A DNA stretch of 49,000 nt, from IMG/VR virus record IMGVR_UViG_3300005239_001603. One strand, given 5' to 3'. Of this stretch, positions 10,701-22,082 are shown in pieces (positions within the stretch are counted from its first letter, which is position 1; each line of letters starts with the position of its first letter). The stretch comes from an uncultured virus (IMG/VR IMGVR_UViG_3300005239_001603). Its lineage: Duplodnaviria > Heunggongvirae > Uroviricota > Caudoviricetes. The position numbers were made by a program, and so were the translations under genes. Under the pieces are notes generated by a model. That model ran no database searches. It had not been told where the DNA came from and saw nothing but the letters and a program-made list of their open reading frames with translations.

Positions 10701-13700
10701 TACCAGTCTTCCAACGTGGATTTACATTCTTAACAGGTTTAGGGATAAAGAATGCACCTCTAAGGAAACCGCGCTTATCAGTAATAAGACGGCGGTCTTT
10801 AACAACTGCACGAGCACCAGAAGTCATGCCAAGGAGAACTTCTCCAACTTGCATGTTACCACGAATTTTCGGATTCTTAATGCTAGCAAGTTGTGCTGAA
10901 TTATTATTCAGAATATTAGTCTGTGAAGAATATGAACTTGGAAGTGGATCGTTGTTTGTAGTATATGGGTTAGTATCATAGACACTATTTGGTTTCAGGC
11001 ATTTGAGACGGCAATCAGAAGTCAGACCTCTTACAGTCTCTCCAGGAACGAAAGGAGTCTCATTAGTTCTAGAATCTTCAGAAGAATTCTTTACAAGTTC
11101 AATTAGTTTAGGAGTACAGTAATTGGTAATTTTCTTTCTATCAAAGAAACCATACATACGAGTCTTAGGCTTAGCACGGTTGACCGTATACCTAAGGTTT
11201 CTACTACGCATCCACGGAATTGCAGTTTGCGACAGGATAGTATCACCGAGTGACTTACGCTCAATTTTGGGAACAACTCTAGTTCTTACACCACGACGAC
11301 CTTGGTTGTTTACAACACGGAAGGTACGACGTTCGTGGAGGAAGAATAGACCTTGCTGACGACCAGCGTGACCCAGACGACCTAAACGGCGACCACCACC
11401 GATGTTAGTGTTAGAACGATACTGACTTCTACCAGTCAATTTACGACCAGTCCAGTTAGTCTTCCAAGCACCCCATTGAATGGGAGCGAAACCATTCTTA
11501 TCAACGTTCAAATCTCTAGCGACTGATGAGAAATCACCCTCAACATTTTCTACACGAGCAGGAAGACGTTTGATATCAATCCAGTCATCAGAACTGGGAA
11601 GCATATCCAAACGACCGATGAAAGTAAATACGTTAAATGGGTTGACGTTTTCTACTCTAGATGCATATGGTTGTTCAATTTGAGTAATTTCTTGGTATGG
11701 TAGAGTTACGAGAAGTGCTTCTTCAAAGTCTTCAGGATCTGGACCACTCCACTGAACATTTTGTGATGATAGTGGGTCAAACTCAAGAGAAACATTATTA
11801 GTATAATGTGATGGTCTCAAGTAACCATTTTCAAAATCAAGAGATGCATTATAGTCAGCATTTAGAACATCACCTACCGTATGATCAGTAAAGTCATCAA
11901 CGATATATCCATTCTTAAATCTATTCAGACCATCGTCATCATATGTAGTGGCATTCTGTGCCTCAGATTCTAGTAGTGACAGTGAAGTATAGTATTCAAC
12001 GTTTGTTAGTCTTTCTTCAATATTACCGATGTCTCGCATCGTGTAACGTCTGTTATTCTCAGCTTGGAATAGTACGTCTCTTTCTGGATCATAACCATAA
12101 GGTTTATGTTCAATAGTTGCCAAGAACATGGCAGAGTCCATTGAATCTGGTGGTTGAGGATCTTCATCAGACTTACCTTTAATTAACTGGAAGTCTCCAT
12201 CATGAGTCAAGAACAACTTATCAATTCTTGGTAGATAATAATCAAAGTCACATCTAAACGCTGTGCCCTCATCCATAATATCAAAGACTGTAGCATTAGC
12301 ATCATAAATTCTAGATGCGAAATCCAAACTAGTACAGTTTACATAATATGGAGATCCAACAGTACCACTACCATTTGCAAGTTCTTTAACACCTGGACGG
12401 AAATCTAAAGTGTCCCTAAGGAACATAATACCACCGTCAGGTTTCCAAGTAGGAATGTCTTTATATCCAACCCCAACATAAGATTGAGCATTGAAATAAT
12501 CACCAGATGCTTCATGAACAAAGAAGTCAAAAATTACTTTCAGTCTTCTTCTAGGTGGAGAATATGCAGATCCTCTAGAAAGTCTAGAAATATCATAGTA
12601 ATATGAATCTTGACCTGGATCCAATATGTATTGTTCTGTAATATCAGTTGAACCTTGTTCAATAGATCCTTCAGCGTCAGAAATAAATGCGCTAATTGTC
12701 TCACCATTACTATCTTCACCCGTCACCAACTCACCAGAGATGAACACACCATCCAAAATAACATGATATAGTTTCAGATTAGAAGATGTGAAATCTACAA
12801 CTCGTGCTCTTGCACCAGAAGTTCCACCTTCAATAAGAGTACCAGTAGCAAAGAATGCAGACTCAACTAAGGTGACAAAAGGAATTTTTGCTGCTGAATC
12901 ATCGTTTGATTCATACACAGCGTGGATATCATAAACATCATTAAGACCCAATGAAATTTCATCATCTTCAATACGAGTACCATAAAGTCTAGAATAACTT
13001 AGACCATACAAAGGAGCATCGGTATTATTAGAAGTTTTAGTTACTTCCAATATCTGCATTTTAGATGCAGTCTTCACCTTTCTCTGAACAACGTTCTTTG
13101 AGAATGCAACGTTGACTTTAATTGAACTTACACCATAGAGACCAGTACTAGCACCACCAGGAGAACTGAGTGTGCATGTCTGACGGTCAGCACCAAATGA
13201 AATTGCAATAGCAGATGCACCAACTGCAGCTTCCAGATCAACAATTTCTCCAGTAGTATATGTTGCACTAGATCCTTGATTTTCAATAATCAGGACAAAA
13301 TTATCATTATCAAAAACTGCAAACTGCTCATTCTCGCTAAGGGTAAGCGTAACACCACCATTGACAATTGTCTGAGCGGTATAAGTTCTATATGCAGTGA
13401 AAGATTCATCAGAAATACTCTTGATGGATGTCTTCGGCATATCAATGGTTAGGTTACCATTCTGATAATCTTTAAGGAAGACCCTAGGACGCAAACGTGT
13501 TACCTTACCGTAAGTTCCATCAGCAACAGTTCCAATTAATTTAGTAGAATCTAGAGTAACGCTTTGTGTCGTAGGTGTTCCGAAGATAATATCAGTACCA
13601 CTATTTTGGTTAGCAGTGCTAGTATTGATATCTGTTTGATCTACAGAGTCTACTCTAAATGTATTAGTGCCAGTTTCAGTTGAAATTCCTACAGACAATA

Positions 13701-15753
13701 CATCACCAGGACGCAGATCTGAAGCTAGGTTTGATGCAAATCCAGTAAGTGCAGCATCTGCACCTGAACCACTGGTTAGATCAACAGTGAAAGATTTACC
13801 CGAGATATCTTCTGCTACATTGAGGAGAAGGTCGGCAGTAAATACTACCGTAGAAGAAAGGTTGGTTGGATCTGAACGACCCAAGAAAGATCTGGCGTCA
13901 GTAAAATCAAATCTAAAGGACGAATCAATTGTTGTAAGAGCAATACCATCAAGGTTGACAGTTTCTCCATTCTGGAAGTCACCTCTAACCCCAAGGAGTT
14001 TGACGGTAGTTCCACTAATTTCTCTAACAAATCCACGAGCAGCGGAAGTTGCACCAATTAAAAGGTCTCCTTCCTGCAATGAAGCAGAGACATCAACATT
14101 CAAGTTGATTGCAACATACATGTCTACGTCCATAAACATAAGCATGTTGCCCTCTTGGGCATTAGGAATTCCACCTGTAGTAGTATCGTTACTGAGTTGA
14201 ACAGTACGGCAGAATCCGATGATGTTACCATCAGGACTATTATTAGCAGCTGCTGGATTCCAGTCGTCTCTAATTTCCAAAACCTGATAATTGTATGCCA
14301 AGTTTGGTCCCGTTAGAGAAGGCCATCCCCAAATATTAGTTACAAGAACGGACTGTCTCAGTTCAAAAGGAATAATAGTATTCTGAACATCCCTGGTATC
14401 CCTAGCTTTGGGAACATCAATAAAAGTAGGAGACAGATTTTCAATACGATAACCTCTCACATATGCCTTACCAGGAGAGATCTCACATGCCATATATTCA
14501 TCTGATGCTACCTGCCCTGCGGGAGATACCTCACCAGTTTCATATACACCATCATTGAATCCATCATTTTTATGTTCTCTGAATGCTAGATCAAAACTAT
14601 CCAGAGCATAATCTCCAGACTCTTCATAAGTTCTTAAAGCAATACTCTTCTCAAGTTCACTGTATTCAGTTCTTTCTACAAACTGTTGTACTTTAGAATT
14701 TAAGAGACGAAGAAGTTCAACAAAGTTTTTATCCGAGTCATCATCAATAGATTTCTTTACCAGAGTAGTTCTGATCCTAAATCTATGTGCTCCAGGTGCA
14801 GAGTAGTTACTAGTACCAGCAGCATTATCATTAAGACTAGGGTCATCTTCAGAAGTAATGATAGATTCTGAGATTGAGAGACCAACTCTATACGAAGGAG
14901 TATTAGTATACTGATCAAGGATAATATAAGAAGAGGGAACATCTACAAAATACCCTCTGATAAAGTATACACCTTCATTGATATACGCTGCAGATGCTGT
15001 AGCAGTAGAAGCAGAAGGGAGCATTTGTGCAAATGGAGACTCTGCTTCAATCAGAGTAGTTCCAAATGTGATATCAGCATCAGCANNNNNNNNNNNNNNN
15101 NNNNNNNNNNNNNNNNNNNNNNNNNNNNNNNNNNNNNNNNNNNNNNNNNNNNNNNNNNNNNNNNNNNNNNNNNNNNNNNNNNNNNNNNNNNNNNNNNNNN
15201 NNNNNNNNNNNNNNNNNNNNNNNNNNNNNNNNNNNNNNNNNNNNNNNNNNNNNNNNNNNNNNNNNNNNNNNNNNNNNNNNNNNNNNNNNNNNNNNNNNNN
15301 NNNNNNNNNNNNNNNNNNNNNNNNNNNNNNNNNNNNNNNNNNNNNNNNNNNNNNNNNNNNNNNNNNNNNNNNNNNNNNNNNNNNNNNNNNNNNNNNNNNN
15401 NNNNNNNNNNNNNNNNNNNNNNNNNNNNNNNNNNNNNNNNNNNNNNNNNNNNNNNNNNNNNNNNNNNNNNNNNNNNNNNNNNNNNNNNNNNNNNNNNNNN
15501 NNNNNNNNNNNNNNNNNNNNNNNNNNNNNNNNNNNNNNNNNNNNNNNNNNNNNNNNNNNNNNNNNNNNNNNNNNNNNNNNNNNNNNNNNNNNNNNNNNNN
15601 NNNNNNNNNNNNNNNNNNNNNNNNNNNNNNNNNNNNNNNNNNNNNNNNNNNNNNNNNNNNNNNNNNNNNNNNNNNNNNNNNNNNNNNNNNNNNNNNNNNN
15701 NNNNNNNNNNNNNNNNNNNACGGCGTGACGTTAAGGTTAGTATTCTGCGGCAT
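7761..15753 (-). CDS. VrlC-like / DUF4815-type large virion structural protein (~2,500-2,650 aa), spanning two N gaps
   Basis: Starts MPQNTNLNVTP. Contains NYSAPGAHRF, ALRTYEESGDY, YYLPRIDKLFL, RRYTMRDIG.IEERL..VEYYTSLSLLE, NRFKNGYIVDDF and DPLAQSF, and ends FQVKIVMKS.NQAKVP...DFRAIALA. ORFs 9544..15753 and 7761..10427 are one gene joined across gap 9591..10139. Confidence 0.85.
9591..10139. other. Assembly gap (N run, 549 nt)
   Basis: Run of N inside the VrlC-like gene. The flanking frames differ, so the length is an estimate. Confidence 0.99.
15086..15719. other. Assembly gap (N run, 634 nt)
   Basis: Run of N near the 5' end of the VrlC-like gene. Confidence 0.99.
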
Positions 15754-15767
15754 CTTAGGTACTTAAG

Positions 15768-17297
15768 TTAGAATTCAATGACAACTTTAATGTCTTCAAT
15801 CTGGTCGTTTGCACGACTAATGGTTCTTCTATTATCTATGTAGATAACATCTCCACTATTAGATTCAATTTCGGGTTTAGCATAACCAGAAGTAAATCTC
15901 ATTCCCAAATCATATTCGGTGTTATTGATAACCCGAGAAGATGTATTAGGGACTGCAGGGAAGTTAACATCTGGATCTCCAGAAGCACCAGAAGATGCAC
16001 CTTGGATTGCATTTGATCCATCAAATTCATTCAATGAACCTGTAATGGAAGGAAAAATACCATCAACTCTATTTTGATAGTACTTCAGGACCTTTGTTGT
16101 TGTATTCCAAGATACAACTTTACCAGTTGCAGTAACTGATTGTCCACCAACAACACGAGTTTGGGTAATAGTTTCATCTGGAATAAAATTACCTTGGAAG
16201 GTTGTTGCGAAGATAACTGCTCTTGAAGCAGATAAGGTCAAATCCGAAAGAAGTTCAGTTGTTCCATACTTCTTAGGATTGGTAGTAAGACCAATACGAC
16301 GGTAATCGTTATCAACTGGGAAGTCACCTGCTCCTTCATCATATGAAAGTTTGGCGTTAATCATTACACGATATGCACCCATTTCAACAACGGGATTTTT
16401 ACCATGACCACCAGGAGGAGGAATGATAACATCAATCTGACCACCAGTTCCAGTACCGATACCAGAAATAGCGTCAACAGTAACCTTACCGAAAGAATAT
16501 CCAGTACCACCAGAAGTTACAGTAGATGAGATAACGCGACCGCCATCAACTACGATTGAAACTCGTCCACCAGTTCCATCACCGTTGATTGAAACATTAT
16601 CATAAGTACCGTTATTGTAACCAGAACCAGATGAAGTAATTACAACAGTATCAATCTCACCAGCAACTGAGTTAGAAGTAACTGATGCATCGCTGAATAC
16701 TGGCATGTAATCAGCAGAGAAGAACTTCAGAACCTGTGCAACAGAATAGTATACACATACTTCCACCTATAACCATCGGCAGTGGTGATAATTGAAGTAG
16801 AAGTACCAGTGGGCTCAATAGTAGAAGGCTACCGTTAGGGTCACTAGGAGAAGTGCCGTTATAGATGCACTTATAAACTTGGTAGTTGAGTTGACAACGT
16901 AGAAGTCAGAATCATACAACTTAGTTGCACCAGAAGATGCTGTATTAGTTGGGGAATAGTCATGACGATACATGTCATAAGTAAATCCCAAACCACCAGT
17001 GGTTTGTTCTGGAGGAATCCAGTCAATACGACGCACAACTTGAATCGTATCTGCAGCAAGCACTCGCTTCAATGACATCATGTCATCATAAGCATCAGAG
17101 AACTCGTCAAACGAGTCAACAGCCTGCGGCGGAGAGTTTTCGTTGTCCCATTCCTGGGGGCGACCGATGAACAGGTACAGACGATCTCTGTCGTCACCAG
17201 CAATAGTATCACTAGCCAAAGGGTCTGGACCCTCTAGAGATTTGATAAATTTTTGTGCTGTAAAGATCCTGAACTGGTCAGTTAGTAGAGCTGCCAT
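15768..17297 (-). CDS. gp8: Baseplate wedge subunit gp8 (~510 aa), split by three 1-nt deletions (~16890, ~16830, ~16745)
   Basis: N-terminus MAALLTDQFRIFTAQKFI...LYLFIGRPQEW, then YDMYRHDYS. The corrected middle reads YQVYKCIYNGTSPSDPNGKPSTIEPTG...DGYRWKY, and the C-terminus is SGDVIYIDNRRTISRANDQIEDIKVVIEF. 1530+3 nt gives 510 codons plus stop. Confidence 0.92.
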
Positions 17298-17320
17298 TGT
17301 CTAAGTGAGTTCCTCCCTTG

Positions 17321-17328
17321 TATTTATC
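17321..17328 (-). promoter_or_regulatory. Late promoter variant GATAAATA upstream of gp8
   Basis: Plus-strand tatttatc in the intergenic spacer, followed on minus by an SD-like GGGAGG and the gp8 ATG at 17297. Confidence 0.7.
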
Positions 17329-17345
17329 GTAGTTTGCAACAACCG

Positions 17346-20300
17346 TTATTCGTTTCTTGCTAAAGTATCATATTCAATTCTGGATATTCTCCAAGAAGCA
17401 CCTGCAGAACCATTCAATTTCTCACCACCCAAGATAACTTCGCCAACAGCACTGTTTCCAGTAGTGTCGCTTACATTATTTGTAAATACAACCGTTGGGT
17501 GTAATACGCCAGCAGTTACAGTCTTAGAATATCCATATCCTCCATTACTAACAGCAATAGATGAAACTTGGTCACCATCACTAGTCATAGTAACAACACC
17601 AGATGCTTGAAGTTCCCCACTGTTTTCCACTACAATTGTTGGAACTGCAGTATAATCTAAACCAGGATCAATTACTCTTATTTGAGTAATTGTTGAATTT
17701 TCTGAGAACTCATAGAAGTAACCACCAATTCCAAGGTTTACATTATTAGTAAAGTATGGAACAGGGTTAATAACAGTCAGAGTTCTGGTTCCAAGATCCC
17801 ATGATTCCACAGTTGCTTGAATAGAAGAACTTTGTCCAGTGACTGTTTCTCCAACAACAAATGATATACTATTGTTATCACCCTCTTCAAAAATAATATT
17901 CATTCTTGAAGTATGTTCAATTCCATCTCCAAGAGCACCAGCAGATTCAACTGTTGAATATTTAAACGGAATTGAGGCATCTTTTACTTGGTCTCCAAGA
18001 GCAAACAAAGTGGTATTAGTACCACCTTGAGTCTCTTCAATACCATACAAAGAACTGGAAATACCGCCATCTAGATTAATCTGATCTTCAAAGTCCGTAC
18101 CTGTATTAACAATATCAGGAATACCATCACCAGCTCCAGAATTCTCATCGTCATCTTGGAACTTACTATCTTGAAGAGTTAACTGATATAGATTAATAGT
18201 ATCACCAATAGAAGTTTCAATAATATGTGGTAGTTCATTCAAATCAGTCGCACCAGCAGTGCCACCGTCAAACGCAACAGTTCTATCACTAGTTGAAGGA
18301 ATACCTGCATCAATAAATGCTAGCTCGTCAACTTCAAAGATAACAAACAGTTCTCTGGAATTAGGATTCCAATCATAAACTTTTGCAATCTTGTTAGATG
18401 CATTGTCTACTCTACGAACTAGTTTATCTCCTACATTAAATTCATAAGTTGAAACGCCATTTACATTCTGAATACCATCAACAATAACACGCTGGTCATA
18501 TCTGAAGTTTGTACCTCTACTACATCCTAAAAACTTTTTGGCATTCTTACTAGTATACTCAATAGTCTCTCTACCCAAAATAAACTTTCCTGAACCAGGA
18601 AATGCATCGGTAGATTGAACAACTACTTCTGTAGAACTAGTATTTAGAGATTGTTGCAGTGCAGTAATATAAAAGTTAGATGCATTATAAGACTGACGAG
18701 TTCTAATCTTTCTTTTTACGTTTACTAACTTAGTAAAAATAATATTGGGTTGACTTGTATATCCTTTTCCAGGATCAATTACATCAATTCCAACAACTTT
18801 TCCTTGTTCAATTCTAGCCTTTGCTCTACCACCAACACCGCCGCCGCCACTAATAAGAACAAACGGTGGTTCTTGATAAAATCTACCACCATCTGCTACT
18901 GCAATATCAGTAATAATACCAGAAAGATCAATATTAGCAACACCTTCAGCACCTTGTCCACCACCACCTTGGAAAAATAGTGAGGGTGGATTGATATAAG
19001 ATCTACCAGGATTTGATAGTGATAATCCACTGATAGATTGAGTTACTGGAACTGCAGCTGCACCCGTTCCTTCTCCTCCGAGAATATCTGTTCTTGCAGT
19101 ACCAAAGTATCCATCGCCACCAGCGATCATTTTTACATATTGTACTTCTCCAGGATTCTCCTCACTGAGGATAACTTCTGCTCTAGCACCTGTCGGAACT
19201 TCTTGAGATGCGGTTGGCGCAGATTCTCCATACCTGATCACTTCACTATAGTATGATTCTCCAATACAATATGGGAATTGTGGTTCTAAACTAGCATCAA
19301 TAGTTAGGAAGTATGCATATGTTCCATTGGGATATTCTGGAGTAACTGTATATCTTCCATTATGACCATCAAGATCACCATAGGAATTTTCATAGATATA
19401 GTCTTCAATAAAAGTTCCTGCAGTAAAACCAAGATTATTAGTCTTACTTCCCATCAAAGCGTGATATCTACAGAAGTAAGAAAAATTACTTGGTGAAATA
19501 TCAGGTACTACAATCTCAATACTTCTTGTAGTTGCAGATGCAAATCCAGCAATATATTGATCATATGTTACTGTAGATCCATCTAACCTGTAAGTAACTC
19601 CTCTACTATAAAGTATATCTGGATCGTAAAGAGTTTGTCCAGCGGCATGCCATGCTTGACCATTTACATCACCTAAAACATCACTTAACAGTAAAGGATG
19701 TGTATCATTAGTAGCATCATCTTGATTAAATGTTACAGTATCGCCACGATTTAAAAGTAATACTGGAGCGGTTTCATCAGTAAAACCACCACCATTGAGA
19801 ATATATCTATTTGAACCACCTACATTAGCAACAGTGATAGTGTAAGTAACTGCGGCAGGTACATTAATCGCTGCACGATTGCCATCAATTTCAACACCAG
19901 TTTTAAACCTATAACTAGATTCAATTCTTTTTATTGCGGATTGATCATTAAGAGATTCCGAGAACCCATATGGACCATAGATTGGATATCCATCATAACT
20001 AACACCCAATATTTTACTGTGTCCATTATCATGACGAGATTTATCTCCACCAAAATTAGTAACTGAATAATAACTCTTGACTGAAAATAATCCGTTTGTA
20101 CTAGAAAACGAATTAATTAATTTTGAGTCTTGGAAAAAGTAATTGTTATCATTATCTGGATAACCATGATAAACATCATGGTCAAAAATATTAGTATGAA
20201 CTGCGTTAAATTTAAATCCTACAGGTGGAATTCCATTTACACCTGCATCTGGTGAGTATAATGGTGTTCCATTAGAAAGTAATCCAAGTTGTTCTGATCT

Positions 20301-20691
20301 TCTTTCTGGATTATTGAGAGTGGGGATATCTTTACCACCACGATATACAATCTCATGACTGTAATCTTGAGAATAAATGCTATTATTATTAAACGTACTC
20401 GGAAAATCACCAGTAACTGCAGGATCTGGAAGATTATTTGATACTAAACTTAAATGATCTCCAGAAAATGCTCCAGATGTAATTGATACTGATACACTCG
20501 TTAGAATGCTTCGGATATCAAATGAAGATACTCTTTGATTATCATCCTGTTGGGCAGAAATAACCACACGCAAAGGATCATAACCCTTACCAGGAGTTAA
20601 TACTCTTACATGAGTAAGTCTACCACTCTCAATAATAGGATACAATAATGCATCTATTTCGGGTGTTCCACAATTATCAACTTCTAGTTTT
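17346..20691 (-). CDS. gp7: Baseplate wedge initiator (gp7-like, cyanophage type) with a YHYH-like domain interrupted by a cupredoxin-like insert; the 5' end probably lies inside gap 20692..21126
   Basis: Open frame from the gap (KLEVDNCGTPEIDALLYPII..., V..PGKGY repeats, GHSKILGVSYDGYPIYGPYG, DLDGHNGRY..TPEYPNGTYAYF, GGGGQGA spacers) to the stop at 17346, immediately upstream of gp8. Confidence 0.7.
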
Positions 20692-21126
20692 NNNNNNNNN
20701 NNNNNNNNNNNNNNNNNNNNNNNNNNNNNNNNNNNNNNNNNNNNNNNNNNNNNNNNNNNNNNNNNNNNNNNNNNNNNNNNNNNNNNNNNNNNNNNNNNNN
20801 NNNNNNNNNNNNNNNNNNNNNNNNNNNNNNNNNNNNNNNNNNNNNNNNNNNNNNNNNNNNNNNNNNNNNNNNNNNNNNNNNNNNNNNNNNNNNNNNNNNN
20901 NNNNNNNNNNNNNNNNNNNNNNNNNNNNNNNNNNNNNNNNNNNNNNNNNNNNNNNNNNNNNNNNNNNNNNNNNNNNNNNNNNNNNNNNNNNNNNNNNNNN
21001 NNNNNNNNNNNNNNNNNNNNNNNNNNNNNNNNNNNNNNNNNNNNNNNNNNNNNNNNNNNNNNNNNNNNNNNNNNNNNNNNNNNNNNNNNNNNNNNNNNNN
21101 NNNNNNNNNNNNNNNNNNNNNNNNNN
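20692..21126. other. Assembly gap (N run, 435 nt), probably hiding a gene boundary
   Basis: Run of N between the gp9/gp10-N-type sequence and the gp7-like sequence. Confidence 0.99.
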
Positions 21127-22052
21127 AATCCCGCTCCAGTGAAAGTGTAGTGGGAAGATCCATTAGCACCCAAGTCCCATGCAACTATAGGAGAAGTAAC
21201 AGGAACCCAATTGTTTCCATCATAAAAGAGAGTGTCACCTTCCGAAGGTGTGCCAGTAAATTGGAAACCCCCACCACCAGAATAGTTAATGGTCAGAGTA
21301 TCACCACTAATTGTAGTAGTAATATCTGTACCACCAGTTACTGTCAGTGTGTCTGTGGCACCCAACGCAGTGGTAGATCCTGCATCCGCGTTGAACGTTG
21401 CAAAGATGTTACCACCACCAGAAGAACCACCAGTTCCAGGTTCAAATTGTCCATTAACAGCATTCCAAGTAGGAACCTCACCATCGGTATATGATGTATC
21501 TGCAACGTTTGATAGGTCTTGAATCCTACCAGTAGAAGTATCAATTAAATTAATCCAAGCAGTTCCGTTAGAATAGTATGCTTTACTTACATCAGCGACA
21601 TAAGCAAACATTCCATCGTAGTTACTAGATACTGGTAGATTTGCCGCAGATGCATAAGGTGCTCTCCATTTTAAGAATCCATCAGTGCCATCAATAATAG
21701 TATCAGTACTATTTGAAGTATTTCTAAGTACAATATCTCCAGTACCATCTGATTGAATCAGAACATTACCATTTGAAGAGGATACAATATTATATCCATT
21801 AACATTCAAGTTTTGCTCAAGAATGCCTTTATTCTTGGGAATACCAGGAGAAAATGAAGTGCCGTTCCATGTCAATGCATCACTTAGATTTGGAGATGCT
21901 GTACTAATCAAAGATGCAGTGGCACCTGCAGTTCCCCCGAGAGAATCGTACAGCTCGGTAAAGTTTGCATTAACTTTAGTGCCACCCGCTCGGAGGGAAT
22001 CTCCCGTTCCGTCGTTGGCAGAATTACCAAGTTGTAGAATTTCTTTTGCCAT
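21127..22052 (-). CDS. Baseplate protein with T4 gp9/gp10-like N-terminus; the 3' end probably lies inside gap 20692..21126
   Basis: MAKEILQLGNSANDGTGDSLRAGGTKVNANFTELY matches the gp9/gp10 N-terminal motif (G...NDGTGD.LR.GG.K.N.NF.E.Y). It is followed by fibre-like repeats (DALTWNGTSF, IQDLSNV, DTLFYDGNNW). Confidence 0.72.
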
Positions 22053-22070
22053 TAGACCAAGGTTTTTAGT

Positions 22071-22078
22071 TATTTATT
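22071..22078 (-). promoter_or_regulatory. Late promoter variant AATAAATA
   Basis: Plus-strand tatttatt in the 30-nt spacer, about 19 nt upstream of the ATG at 22052. Confidence 0.65.
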
Positions 22079-22082
22079 AAGA

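Noticed and set aside
15768..17297. Split gp8 (also gp6, gp14, the YHYH-esterase, PAAR and the 7314..7522 ORF) as pseudogenes or programmed frameshifts
   Set aside because: The breaks I could reconstruct are single-base losses in short homopolymers (AA, TT, CC, GG). They cluster in patches (1-40, 16745-16890, 23500-23810, 47150-47330) and hit essential genes. This is the signature of low-coverage sequencing error in a gapped draft, not biology.
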